From Paraspadella gotoi (lineage: Eukaryota; Animalia; Chaetognatha): 64,000 nt of DNA. Below are positions 36,790-49,899 of the stretch, one piece after another. The stretch covers positions 14,004,124-14,068,123 of the forward strand of contig CM119265.1 of the NCBI GenBank assembly GCA_051294375.1, given 5' to 3'. Made by a program: the position numbers and the translations under genes. The first letter of the stretch is position 1, and each line of letters begins with the position of its first letter. A model generated the notes under the pieces. That model had not been told where the DNA came from, did no database searches, and worked only from the letters and a program-made list of their open reading frames with translations.

Positions 36790-37521
36790 CTTTAAAATTA
36801 CGGCCTTATTTTTTGGTCTTCGAAACGTTAAATCAAATGAAATGTAATAAATTAATATGCGGTTTTTAACGTAAAGGTCTCCTTCGGTTTCCTAGTTAAT
36901 GAAGGAGACATAATACAGAAACATCAGAATTTGGAGATATAGACTTGGATTGATTCGCCTGAGAAATGACGAGAAAAAAAATCATGAAAATTAAAAAGAC
37001 AACATAAAATTCAAAGCATCATCGTATCTTCATTTTTAAAAGATACAAAACAGAGCCATTTTGGCCTAGTATGAAATTTATAAAAGTATGGCTTTAAGTT
37101 TGATAACAAGACTTACATATTTTTAAACCATTTGTATTTCTTTTAAAGAACTACAGGATGAACAAAAAAAAAAGACCTCCATTGCAAACGAATATAAACA
37201 AACGCCAAAAAGCGTTCCGGTCTAGTCTACAAAAATCTATTTTTAAACTTTTTGTTGTATAATTTTAATTATTATACATTTTTTAACATGGGAAAGTGTA
37301 AAAACTTCTCAAAACCTTTACCTTAATATTTAGTACTGTTATAAGATCGCCTCAGCTCAAAAATTCCCTAACTCCAGAACGCCCATGTTGATAAGAATAT
37401 AATTTTTAAAAAAAATAAACCAGTTGACAGGTTTTTCACTCGGCAACCGATGAGGAAAGAAAAAGTATCCATGAATAGAGTTATTTTCAGATCTTTACAT
37501 TTTATCTGACATTGGTCTTTG

Positions 37522-40500
37522 CTAAACGATCTCCATCGTTCCTCGCGGCTCCTCCAACCTGCTCAACTTCTGGCGAAACTCTCTCTCAATATCCTCTCGA
37601 CGTGCGGCGGTGGGCAGCTTGTACTTTCCCTCGGTCTTCTTAGCCTTTTGTTTTCTTTTTTGAATCTTGGCTTTAGTGAGAACGAAGTCGCTCTTTCGCT
37701 TCTTGCGCGTGCCCATTAGAGAGGCGGATCCGAAGGCGGAGGGAGGCGGTGGCGGTGGAATGGGTGGACGTGGTCGTAGAGAGGAGGACCGCTTCGGATG
37801 TATCTCCGTTTCAGAGTTTACGTCGTTAGGCTCCTCCGCTATAACGTCTTCGGCTTCCATGCTCTCCGTCTCTTTCTCCGCCACAAAGCCACCCTCTTCC
37901 AACTCGGGCTTTTCAAAAATTGTCTCCCACAATTTTTCCTTTGGTGGAACGTAGTTTTTGTTCTTATATATTTCTTCGACCGTGTACTTTTTTTTCTTGG
38001 CGTATTTAGGCTTTTCCTCCGGTAGACCGTTGGAAATGATGGGAGTCGAACCGCGCGAGGAGCGTTCCCTCAAGTGAGCGAAGGCGCCAGAAGAATCAAG
38101 GTCGAGCTCTCCCCTTTCCCCCACGCGAATGTTTTTAGAAGGCTTCCACTCGGCTTCACCGTCGGAAGGAGCGTCGTCGTCATCACCAACGGCACCGAGG
38201 CGACTGTCGGGGAAATCGTCGTCGTCGTCGTCAAAAAAAGAAGAATAATTCACTCGGCGTCGATTTCCGGCTGCGTAAACTCGCGTAGTGTCCGTAATTG
38301 TCGTCGTCGACGTGGAGATCTTGGGCGATTGTTTTTTTCGTCCTGCTTTTTTTTTAGCGGGAGGATTGGAAGTCGACGACCCCGCCGCCGCCATTTTAGC
38401 GTTTTTGGCTCCCGGGACTTTCGTCGTTTTTTTCGACTTAGCCCGCGGAGCCAGGTTAGGAATTTGGTTTTCCTCTTCGCTGTCCTCCGGAGAGACGGGA
38501 ACAAGAAGCGAAGTCTGATGTTGCTGAAGTTGCTGCAGTTGTTGCTTTGCAAGTGTCAAATCCTCTTCAACGTTTGATGTATGGAAATCGTCATCCTAAA
38601 AATGACAGAAAATGCTATTTTAATTAACCATTCGAAGAACCTATCAAAGTCAATCAAAAAGTAATGAAAAAACCCAAAACATACATGTATTCCTTATAAA
38701 TGTTTTCACATCATACCGAATTTTAAGGCAAAAACAATAATTTTGAAATTTTTAAACGATTCCTTTTCAGATGAAACAAGCATATCACAAACGCACGGTC
38801 GAGAAACAAAAATGCAATCAAAATGGCTTACTGTTCAATAATTCCAAGTTAAAACATTCGGTCATTATAATAAAACTAATGTCAAATAATAAAGAAAATC
38901 ATACATACCAAATCGTTCCTATTAAATTCTGAGCCCGACTGAATTCCAGCTAGCGGAGAAGAGGCGTAGAGGTGATCGTGAGTAAGCGAGGGCGATGACG
39001 GGGACCGCACCGACTGATTGGCGCGACCGATTCCGTTCGAATCCTGCACGCTTCTTTGCTCCTCGACATTGTTAGTGGCCTCCATAGGAACGGGCGCCGA
39101 GGACAAAGACGTCGACGCCGACGCCACCGCCCGTGGAGGAGAGTCTTTCAGAGTCAGGTTGGCAATGGAAGCGTTGGGCGGCGAAATCGAGGAAGGCGAA
39201 GCCGTTGACGTCGCTTCATTCCAAGGCAAAAAGGTGAGGCTTTTGTGAGAGGAACTGGAATCGCTCGGTTTTCGTCCGTGACTTCCTTCCTTTCGAGGTG
39301 GAGGAGCGTGGCGAAGATGGTCGTCGTCCGGGATGTCGATTTCTTTGTCCAAAGAGATAAAGGAGGTAGTCAAGGATCTTCGAGGATCTGCGCTCGAGGT
39401 AGAAGCAAAGGGGGTCGAGGTTGAAACAGTTGAGGTGGAAGAAAATTCCGTCATGGCACGAGAATGATTCGCTTTACTTCGTCTCTTAGTGACTCCGCAG
39501 CTTTTTACTAAAGTTGGAATTGCAAACGAGACCGACGAAGACGCTGTAGAGGAATAAAATAAGAAAATATCAAAATATACAACTCCATGAAAAGACTTGA
39601 GGTCGGACGAAAAGACGGACAATGCAGAATCTCTAACGACCGCTGAGCAGCCATAGTTCCTCGTACCCAGTTAGTGAACTTAAGCATATCATTTACGCTA
39701 TCTAAAAAATTATGAGACCAATAATGGGCATCACAGTATATCACAAATGTTAAGGAACTCACCTTCCACAGTTTTCACGCTGATGTTAACGTATTCCCCC
39801 TCGGATGAACCTTCCGTTTCGTGATTAACGATGGTAAGATGGTTCAGCACTGGAGAAGGCCATTTGGTAACTTCCTCTCCGATTACGGAATAGTCGGACG
39901 TCAAGTTTGAACTGAGGTGAAATGTAATTAAAGTAACAGCCTTAAATAATGGTTAAAAATAGTAAAAATACTTAGGTTAATATATCCCAACAAAAAAATC
40001 TAAAATTAAGATGAACTCGCCATATCTTCAATCTTTCTCGCCTGTCAAGTAATTTTATCTAAATGGAGTTTCCGTATCAACGACAACGACAACAGCACCA
40101 ACATGGTCGAAATTCAAGCTAAGCTAACAGGTATTATATATTTTATATATATTTTTCATCTATTTACATGCAAAAATCGTTTGGGTCCCACTGCTTAGAA
40201 CGTCTTCTCATCTTTGTTGATTTCCTCTGACTAAATGAAAAAAACATTAACTGTTTATGGATTATTTCACATTAGTTTTGATGAATGAATAATTGAGTAT
40301 AACTTTTTATAACCGAAAGCTCGTTAAGAAGTTTTTGCTGTTTAGCTTCAATAAAAATTTTAATTATAAATATCATATGAAAAGAAAAATCATTATTACG
40401 GTGTAAAATCAGTGAAATCAGTTTTTAGTTGCGCCGCGAGTACTCGCGGAGAAACTCTATAAGTCACTTCTGAGTCGGTCGGTATATCTGTCCGTTGGTC

Positions 40501-41913
40501 TGTCCCACTTACATAACTGTCATAACTCACCTATAGTTTTATATTAAGACAGAAAAAAAACCTCAAACCTAAGAGACTGCTAGTGCTGCCTTTAGGAAAT
40601 TCTAAAACTATAAAAAATTAAATTCCAATGCAGTGTATGCCATAAATACAAATACAATATAAAGACTTTTTGATCACAGAGAAATAAGTGTGAAAAGAAA
40701 GTCACTGAGGCGCAACACATTGGATGGACCGATCTTGTTTTTATTACAAAAGCTGAATCTCGTTCTGGTTAACGTAATTTTAGATTGAATGAATCATCCG
40801 TTTTGTGATTAACAATGGTAAGATGGTTCAGCATTTTAGATTTTTTTGATTGCATACGAACCTACTGAAGTCCTTATTTGTTAAATTTCGTTCCGTTACT
40901 TACATTTTCTCATCGGCAGCGGTAGGCAAAGAAGAGCTACTCATCTTTGGCGCCTTCTTTAAAGGAGAAATAAGGATCTTCGGCTGAAAGTTTGGGTTTG
41001 TCACAGCGGTCGTGCCCGGTTGGTAAGTACTTGTTTTTGGGTCGAGCCAGCGCAGACCTGACGGTTCCTCGGCGTCAGCTTCGCTTAAATCCCTTCGGCC
41101 TCCTTTACTATAGTCCCGTTTTCTAGCAGCTTTCTTTTTAAATTTGGGTAAGCAGTTCGAGTTGAGTTTGAGCGGTCTCTTTCGATACGAAATATTATTA
41201 GTGTTTACATCGCAGAAATTTGCTTCCTTTCCGATTATATTACCGGAGCTTAAGTTACAGAAATTAACGGGTTCAATCTTCATCTTCTTGGCTGTCTTTC
41301 TCGGAACGACTTTAACGACGACTGAGTCGCTTCCGCAAACGCCCTCGGGTTTCGCTTCCGGCGCCAAAATGACAGGGATTTCCTCGGAGACCGACGAGGC
41401 TGCAGAGATTACCATCGTCGGAAGAGCATTCACAGAAGATTCACCTGCGTCGTCGTTTGGACAGACGTCGGTTTGGACGAAATTATAAGAGGGATTGGGG
41501 CTGCACGAGGCGGGGTCAGTATAGTCGCTATCATTGTCGGACGGAGATTCCTTCGGAATGTCATCGAACTGATCATTGTCAGCTTCCCTGGAGTTAACTC
41601 GAACGTACGAGACATCTTCGACGCTCGACAGGTTAAGGGTCTCCTCGATGGCTTCTGACGCCATACCTGAAGATCCCTGTTCAGCGTCGTTAACAGTCAA
41701 TTTTGCAGACATCTGATTCCTGACGTGGAGAGCGCTCTCGTCGGTTTTAAAATCGGTGAAGAATATGTCGACTGGTTTGGAAATCGTTTCAACACGATCA
41801 TCCAATGGTCCGTTTCTAGGGTGGCCTTGCAGATGCGAAGTTGGCGGTTCGAGAAATTCCTTCGGCGGATGGAATAGGTAACCCGCGTATGCGACGTCGT
41901 CGTTGTCCAACAT
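37522..41913 (-). CDS. Tantalus-domain (PRR14/PRR14L-like) low-complexity protein, ~955 aa; exons 41913-40904, 39911-39763, 39543-38909, 38595-37522
   Basis: YTVEEIYKNKNYVPPKEKLWETIFEKP matches the Tantalus motif; three GT-AG introns join four open frames with consistent phases. Start codon uncertain. Confidence 0.75.
40422..40740 (+). mobile_element. Helentron/DINE-1-like non-autonomous element (HINE) in an intron
   Basis: Starts TTTTTAGTTGCGCC with a hairpin, then ACTCTATAAGTCACT and a GTCG/GTCC microsatellite. Subterminal inverted repeat GTTGCGCC (40428-40435) / GGCGCAAC (40709-40716); ends CTTGTTT. Confidence 0.65.
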
Positions 41914-42256
41914 CCGGACGGCGCTGGCTTCCGAAGGGTCACCACCCGACACAACCAAGGCACCAGTGGCTCGTAAAGAACAATCCGAACTTATCACGGA
42001 ATTTTAATTCGGAATTACAAAAAACTTTTTGAAGCAATACATCTCTGAAACACTAACAAGTTATCATAAATAAATGAGAAACAAAATATATTCTGAACGA
42101 TACTTCAAGTTGTACAAATCAGTACCGGCCCTGGGATTGAATGTAAATATATTCATTCGAGTCATTTTTAGGTTATGTTTTTAAGACTTAAAACCACTTC
42201 TAGTGGGCCCATAAATCGATAGGAAAGTCATCGACCCAAATAAGCCGCAGTTCTCT

Positions 42257-42790
42257 CTAGTCGCAGCGACTGCCAGCCCTCTTGGCAGGTCTCGTAGACG
42301 GATTCCACGGTTCAATCTTGTTCTCGGTTGTGGAGTAAGGTACGTAGCGATCGATAGATCCGGTCATGTTTTCGATGTTATCCAGCACCTCCCAACGCTC
42401 TCTCGGACGGGGATGAGTGGAGGGTGGGAGGTCGGTTCCGTGATGCATCCAGCGGTGCCATTCCGGCGGGATGTGAGATGCGTCGTAGTCAAAACCATAC
42501 TTGTCGGAATGTGCGACCCAACGGTTCCTCAGATAAAAATAATCGTTGTTCTCATAGTATTTGTTACCGTGCCTGTCTGTGCCGACGAGTTTTCCATATT
42601 TGTAGGCGTCACGGCGAAAGACGTCGACAACGGTGGCTTTCAAAAAGGTAAAGTAAAATTGGTCGAATTGTCAAACATTGGAAGGTAATTTGAAATCTTT
42701 ACCTTTTAATCCCCCGTTGTGCTTCAATATTTTGCCCCAATTGTTCCACTTCTCACGCATCGCCCTCAGTTGCTGACCGATCAGCGACAT
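42257..42790 (-). CDS. NDUFA12: NADH:ubiquinone oxidoreductase subunit A12, ~155 aa; exons 42790-42703, 42636-42257
   Basis: GKLVGTDRHGNKYYEN, RNRWV, DASHIPPEWHRWMHH, YVPYSTT..KI..W. Confidence 0.95.
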
Positions 42791-42919
42791 TTTGCAGGAC
42801 GAGGCTGATAAACCAGCGTTTTATTATTGACTTTTAAGTAAAATATCAAATGAAATAAATCTACATAAAACAAAACAAAAAAAAATAAAAGATAAAAAAA
42901 AAATCTTAAAAGTATAATG

Positions 42920-44145
42920 ATCTCGCCAGACGTTACTATCAAATAAAATTAACGAAAAAATAAAAATATGAATGATTGATGCGATAATGAATTATTAATA
43001 TAATAATGATTGATTAATGTCATAATAATTTATTGATTGATGTAATAGTAATCGATAGATCGATATAATAATAATAGATTAATTAATGTAATAGTAATTG
43101 ATAGATTGATGTAATAGTAATTGATAGATTGATATAATAATAATTGATAGATTGATATAATATTAATTGATAGATTAATATAATAATAATTGATATAATA
43201 ATAATTAATTGATTAATATAATAATAATAATTGATTAATGGAATAATAATTTATTATTAATACATTGATAACCAAATATTGATACGATGATAATCAAAAG
43301 TTTGATGCGATGATAACCAAAGGTTTGATGCGATGATAACCAAATGATTGATACAATAATAACCAAAGGATTAATGCTATGATAACCAAATATTAATGCT
43401 ATGATAACCAAATATTGATATTATGTTAACCAAATGATGGATGCGACGATAATCATTCATCCATTAATAATCATTTATTAATACGATAATAATCATTCAT
43501 TGATGCGATAATAATCATTCATTGATACAATGATAATCATTCATTGATGCGATGATAATCATTCTTTAAAATCTCTCAAATGAGCTCACGTTAAAACATT
43601 TCCAAACGGGTAAAACCTCAGCAAAACGTTCGTCTCCGTTTGGCATAGAAAATATAAAACATTTTTTACAATAATTATTTATTGATGCGATAATTATTCA
43701 TTGATGCGATAATAATCATTCATTGATGCGATGATAGTAATTCATTGATGCGATAATAATAATTTATTGATTCAATAATAATCTTTCATTGGCGCGATGA
43801 ATCATTCATCGTAAAGAAAAACAAACAAATGCGTTTATGAGTAAAGAGAGAAAAAGAGAGAAAAAGAGAGAAAAGCTGGACAGCTGCTGCAGAGGGACCT
43901 CGTTTTTAGACGAATCATAAGAAGTTGCGATAGAAAAAAAGAGTGACATAATTAAAAAAGAATATAAAACATAACAATTTTAAAAACCTCAATGATGAGA
44001 AGCCATATCTAAATTTTCAGCTTTTTATGGTTACACACTTGAGCTATTTACAATGGTAAAACAGCATGACAACGACAACGACAACTATGGTCAAAAGAAG
44101 CAGAAACAGCTCGCCCAAGTCGGACTTTCGCCCGTCTGGCGAGAT
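42920..44145. mobile_element. ~1.2-kb inverted-repeat-bounded element carrying AT-rich minisatellites
   Basis: Perfect 13-bp inverted repeat ATCTCGCCAGACG (42920-42932) / CGTCTGGCGAGAT (44133-44145); CTCGCC...GGCGAG stem-loop at the right end. Confidence 0.55.
42970..43810. repeat. Degenerate ~19-21-bp tandem arrays (e.g. ATTCATTGATGCGATAATAATC, TTGATGCGATGATAACCAAA)
   Basis: Directly visible tandem periodicity. Confidence 0.85.
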
Positions 44146-44630
44146 TAAAAAAAGAAAAACACAGGAAGTAGTAACCCAAATTCCTTTAAAAATGTTTCGA
44201 ACGGATATTGAATTCGAAGCAGTAATCGCGATGTATTGAGTTATAGTCTACAATAAAAAAATTTAAGAATCAAAATACCACCAGTAAAAATTACTCCGAA
44301 ATACATGGTTAATAAGTATATACATTTTATTATTCTTTGTATTAATAATATTTCTAAAATTAACAACTCGGGTTGAAATTCCTTGTGAAGTTATAGTATG
44401 TTCGTAGTAAGGAGGCGCGAGATCAAAAAATTTTAACAACAAAAATAAATAAACTTATAAAGGTTGCTTCGGTCAGTTGTCTAAGTCTAAGCATAAGCCT
44501 TTGAGGCGCAGTCGTACCAATGAAAATCCTTTGATTAAACCGTTATGATTCGCTAGACTTGCAAAATTTCAGGAAAATGAACCTTTAATTATCGCAGCCA
44601 CGAGTTTCGACAAAAGTATGACGGAATATT

Positions 44631-47600
44631 TTAACGTTTATTCCGCGCACTTCGCCGCGTCTCAACGGCGGCGCCACTTTTTTCAGACTTTCGTTTGCGC
44701 TCAGCGGAAGAACCGCCGTCAAATAAAGAAGTCATCCATTCTGCAACATCCGGCAGGTTTTGCGATCCAGGTTGCAATACGTTCATCGATTGTTGCATTT
44801 CCCGTTGAACCTCGGGGTCTTGGCTGTTCATCAGTTTAGGAAGGATTCCTTTTTGGAAAAGAAGTATAAAAGGAAGCATTTGTTTACAAATAACATGTCA
44901 TATACTATTTAATCATTGATACTGTGCACTAGGGTGAAGTGAAAGTTTGGAATAAAAATTTAGCAGTTATATCATGAAAAATATCATATTAGTGAATACT
45001 AATCTATAATTATTTTTCTTTTTTTACAAATATAGTAACCCTGTCAGCTTATTTTGTATATAGTATATTGTATATTGGTCTTTTCATACAATTGAAACAT
45101 TCTTTGAAATATTTTCCACTTCATTGATAGGGAAGCCAGGTACTCTGGGAGTGAATAAACAAGACTGTGAGAGAGTCTTGATTGAAAGCTTGCAGGGACC
45201 TGCTATGTCATTATCTTGTAAGAGTGATGGAGGCCATAAACCACCAAAGCCTGTCCAAAGTCAGGGGCAAGATAGCTTATTTATTAAATGAATGGATAAT
45301 TTTTATATTGGTTCTACCAATTTCATATAACCCTTATAAAATGTCAAAATTTGAAAATGTTTTTTTTTTAATTCTGACAACAGATTCAGATTCTTCGTTA
45401 AAAGTTAAAAGAAAATATAAATCTTTTTCAAAAATTATGTTATTAAGTATGTTAAAATTACAAAAAACTATATTTTTAAGCTGGAAATTGAAAATCGGTA
45501 TTTTAGTTTCAGTTTTTTATATTTTTGACCAACTTTATAAAATATTTTTTTAAAAAGAATTTTACTTTCTTAAATCAACGTTTTTCAAGAAATCCAAATC
45601 CGATCTTAAAATTTTAAAATTTGCATTTTAAAATTTTAGCCTATTATATACTTATTACTACCCGTTGGATAAGACTGTTCTAAACTTCAGCACCGTAATG
45701 GCGCAGTGAGCTAACGCTTCATCTCGGGTTCTAGCCCTTGTCGGAACCGTCCTTACAAAAGAGTGATGGGCCGGTTCAAACAACAGTAGCCAGTCTATCG
45801 GCGAATCCTAGTTCCGGAAAGAAAGGCAACTGACGCAAAAATCTCCCACAGGGGCACACAGTGTGGGGGCTAGTCTGTGGAACCCTCTCCTATCGTTCAG
45901 TTAACATGAGTTAGAATTTCCGCCAACTTCCTTTATTGACATATAAAGTACTATATACCTATCAGTATCACTGGTAGAATCATCATCATCACCATTGGAT
46001 TTTTAACAACGTCAGTGATGCGCCACTCTTCTCGTTGAAGAAAATATTGGGTCGGCGCCTATTTTGGGAAGTTTTGAACGAATTATTACTCTGAAGCAAA
46101 ATAATACATCACTCAATATTTATCCGGGGAAAAAAACGAAGGATTGATGCGATGATAAATTATATATTGATGCGATGATTACGAATTATATATTGATGCT
46201 GATGATTACGTAATGATTGATTGATGCAAAGATAGCAAATGATTGATTGATGCAAAGATAGCAAATGATTGATTGATGCAAAGATAGCAAATGATTGATT
46301 GATGCAAAGATAGCAAATGATTGATTGATGCAATAGATAGCAAATGATTGATTGATGCAAAGATAGCAAATGATTGATTGATGCAAAGATAGAAATGATT
46401 GATTGATGCAAAGATAGCAAATGATTGATTGATGCAAAGATAGCAAATGATTGATTGATGCAAAGATAGCAAATGATTGATTGATGCAAAGATTGGCAAA
46501 TGATTGATTTGATGCAAAGATAGCAAATGATTATTGATTCAAAGATAGCAAATGATTGATTGATTCAAAGATAGCAAATGATTGATTGATTCAAAGATAG
46601 CAAATGATGATTGATTCAAAGATAGCAAATGATTGATTGATGCAAAGATAGCAAATGATTGATAGGATGATAACAAATCATTGATTGACTTTCACCGACC
46701 GCGGTTTTGGCGGCTTTTGAAAAATCATTAAAAATACTAATTTTTTCAAAAGTTAAAAAAAAAAAAAAATCAGATCAAACAATCCATTTCGTATCTCATT
46801 TTAACCAAAATTGCACCAATAATTATTTCCCCTAAATTTTATTGATCTATAATATCTTTCAGAATAAAGGAACCTAAAAAGATTTAGTGGCGCATTAATT
46901 TAGGGCGTCCCTTTTTTTGCATATGACTGTACATAAATGCGAAATTAACTACGTTAAGGAAAAATCTTCAAAACCACTTGGTCCAACCACAAGAAATAAA
47001 AACTTCATAGATTATTTTTAACCAATGAACCATAAATATTTTACCTTAGCTTTTAATCGAAGTGGATAGGTAAGAACTTCTCCAGAAGAAGGTCGGCTTT
47101 GAAAGGGCTGCAAATTGTTTACACGGCGCGCGCGCATTCGTCCACGTGATGTAATATCCACTCGAGCAGGATCGAAGACGTAATCAGGCGACGCCACCTC
47201 CACAACGTATGAGCCTTAAATTAAATTAGTCAATGTTCTATGTATGAATACATCTTTTGCTCGACATAATGAAATTGAAAAGTAATATTCTTAGTTACAA
47301 CGACCAAAAAATTACCAGACAAGTGCACTATCATCGATTTAAGATTTTAAGTCGGAATTAGGGTAGTACAACATACAGAAATATTTATGCTTTTAATCAA
47401 TGGGTATCAGGGAAAACTTTTGGTGCAATATCAGTTGAAAACATTTAGTTCTTTAGAAGATATAAGGGTTTTTCCTTTTTTGGACTCTTTGTCGAGCTAT
47501 AATCCAGGAACTTTGTGATAAATATATATATAAATATATATAATTTTTATATTGGTTGTACCAATTTCATATTATATTCCCTACGGGAAGGGGGGATGAA

Positions 47601-48575
47601 TGGTGGATGAAAATACACCATCCGTTCAGACTCAGACAATTTCACTAATTTATTTCTCAATGAGTAATTTTTTGATAAAAAATAGAATTTACCATGAAAA
47701 CAAAAACTTCATGGCTTTAAAAAAAGTGCGTACTGTTTAATTATATATTTTTCGGTTTTAGCGATCTCAAATTTTTTTTTAGAATATTTATTTGCATTTA
47801 CGGCGGGTTCCAACTATTTTTTTAAAAAACTATTATTATATATCCCAATAATGACTTTAAAAAAACTATCCGATTTGGCTATATGCAAATTTTTCCGATT
47901 TTAGCTTACGAATCGATCATAGTGAAGTGTATGGAACATGTCATTTTAATTGCAAACTGGAAATAATATTTATTATTTTTATTAAAAAATTTGTCTTTGT
48001 TGTTAATTAATTAATTAATTAATTTTTACAAACAATCCGTATTCCGTAAGTGGATATACTATTATGGTGGACTAAAATCCACCAACCGTTCATCAGTGGC
48101 CATTGGTGCCGGAGACAAGTCATTCGCCTCCCAACCCAAAGGTCCGGGGTTCTAGCCCGGTGGCCGCCTAGCAGTTAAGAGGGACGGGGCGCTTAACCCG
48201 CCTGTAACTTGGTGTTACAGCCTGATCCGAAGCTCAGGGACTGCTTATATTGAACGGTTCTGTCACTAACACATAACAATAATTACTGTCTCTTCACTAT
48301 GTTGTACAAGCTGTACAAACACTAGCGAAAAGAGAACCAATTCACTTACCAGGGGGAACATTGGTGACGACGAAAGATCCGTCTTCCTTAAGGAAACCAA
48401 TATATTTTCCTCCGTCTACTAATATTCTAGTGGAGGTAACCCAATCCAAGTCGGGGGAATGAGGTATCGAGACCTTGCCTTCCAAGGTGAAAGAGCTCGT
48501 TGAAGAATCTTCCTCTGCACCCGAAATGGTCACAAAGAAAGCTAGCGTTGCAATCCATATCATAGGCCGCTTCAT
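44631..48575 (-). CDS. EMC7: ER membrane protein complex subunit 7, ~237 aa; exons 48575-48350, 47214-47045, 46058-45959, 44848-44631
   Basis: Signal peptide; [21 protein letters not shown]; [18 protein letters not shown]; QREEWRITD...NPMVMMM.LP; [11 protein letters not shown]. Confidence 0.95.
45690..45910 (+). mobile_element. tRNA-derived SINE-like insertion in an EMC7 intron
   Basis: Pol III A-box-like TGGCGCAGTG and B-box-like GGTTCTAGCCC followed by a GC-richer body within an AT-rich intron. Confidence 0.55.
46215..46662. repeat. 26-bp minisatellite GATTGATTGATGCAAAGATAGCAAAT, ~17 copies
   Basis: Near-perfect head-to-tail copies without spacers. Confidence 0.95.
48095..48280 (+). mobile_element. 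tRNA-derived SINE-like insertion in EMC7 intron 1
   Basis: tRNA-like head (TGGTGCCGGAG...CCTCCCAACCCAAAGGTCCGGGGTTCTAGCCCGG) followed by a hairpin-rich body and an A/C-rich tail. Confidence 0.6.
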
Positions 48576-49899
48576 TTTTATGTCGTTTTTATGTCTTTGA
48601 CTTATTAAATCAATTCTGCGACAGAATAAAATAAATTATCACGGACTGACTTCGAACAGAAAATGCGAAATACGCTTTTTAAGTTACTGGTAGCCCAGCG
48701 CAATCATTCCCCATTAAAATACAAAAACTTTAAACCGCTCTATTAATAAGAGAAAAAAATATCTTTAAGCAAATTAAAAATGTTAGCTGTATGGTATAGT
48801 AAAACCTGTATTTGAGTCCTTATGTTTTCGATAAGATTTTTTTTCTATATGGGCTAAAACTATTTATAAATAAAAATTTTACAAATCCCCCCCCAAAAAA
48901 GAAATATATTCATTCGAATTTTGTGGCATTTCTCATTTCCTGATTCAGTTTAACTTTTTTAATATATAATGGGATGAAATAGAAATACGAAACAAATTTT
49001 GTCCACCGATAAACACGAGTTGATATGAAGTACGTATCAAATTTGTATAGTAAGTACAAGACAAGTGTGGACAAATAAAAAAATGTGCGAACACTTTAAC
49101 GCTCAACAATAATGAGCCACAAGAAAAAAATTATGACTATATAAATCACAAACACAATATTACTATTCAGTTATGTAGTAAATTGCAACTTTGGCTTTAA
49201 TCTATGTTTAAACTTATTGATAAAATTAGTTGATAGATTAGATATAATCATAGTTAACAACTTGGTACAGTGAGGATTTAGGAGTTTACTGTTTAGGCAC
49301 TAATAATGCATGAGCACCACAGGTGGAAAGGTCATGGGTTATAAAAATGATTCAAGAGGTAGTTTACTACTTTACATACTAGATAAAACGGCTATATCAC
49401 GAGCCTGAACTATTTTTAACGTCCTTATTATGAAAACCAACTTAGATTTTTTAAATGTTAACAAGTACCTATCGAATGGAAGACTACGAAATAAATATTA
49501 CGTGAAAGCGAAATTGGGTTGGTTGTTAAAAGAACCAACAAGGTAAAGATGAAAGAACTCGAAGCATGTTGACCATTTCAAAGAAGGGACTGTTGACAAG
49601 CGTCTCACAGCTTCAGTTCTTCACATCAATACCTAATAATGAACATAAAAATAACGGAAACAACAAGTTGCTTCCCTTAGGTGATTCCTAGTCGTGCAAT
49701 GTGAGTTAAATACGAAAAAATTCCGGAAATGCCTTAAATTTTTAAAAATCCACAAATTCATTTCTAACTAATAGCATTACCAATATTAAGCCGATGATAA
49801 TATTAATAGTTACCATGCATACATAAACATTGTTCTAATATTCTTTCTCTGCGACATTGCGACTTCAAGTAAAACCTTTAATTTTTGAAAAGACGTCGC

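Noticed and set aside
46160-46526. Three overlapping ORFs ([14 protein letters not shown]...)
   Set aside because: They are translations of the minisatellite.
46215-46662. 26-bp repeat array as a CRISPR array
   Set aside because: Units are head-to-tail with no unique spacers, there are no cas genes, and the array lies in a eukaryotic intron.
48100-48175. Functional tRNA gene
   Set aside because: A T-arm/B-box is present but the acceptor and D stems do not close; it continues into a SINE-like body.
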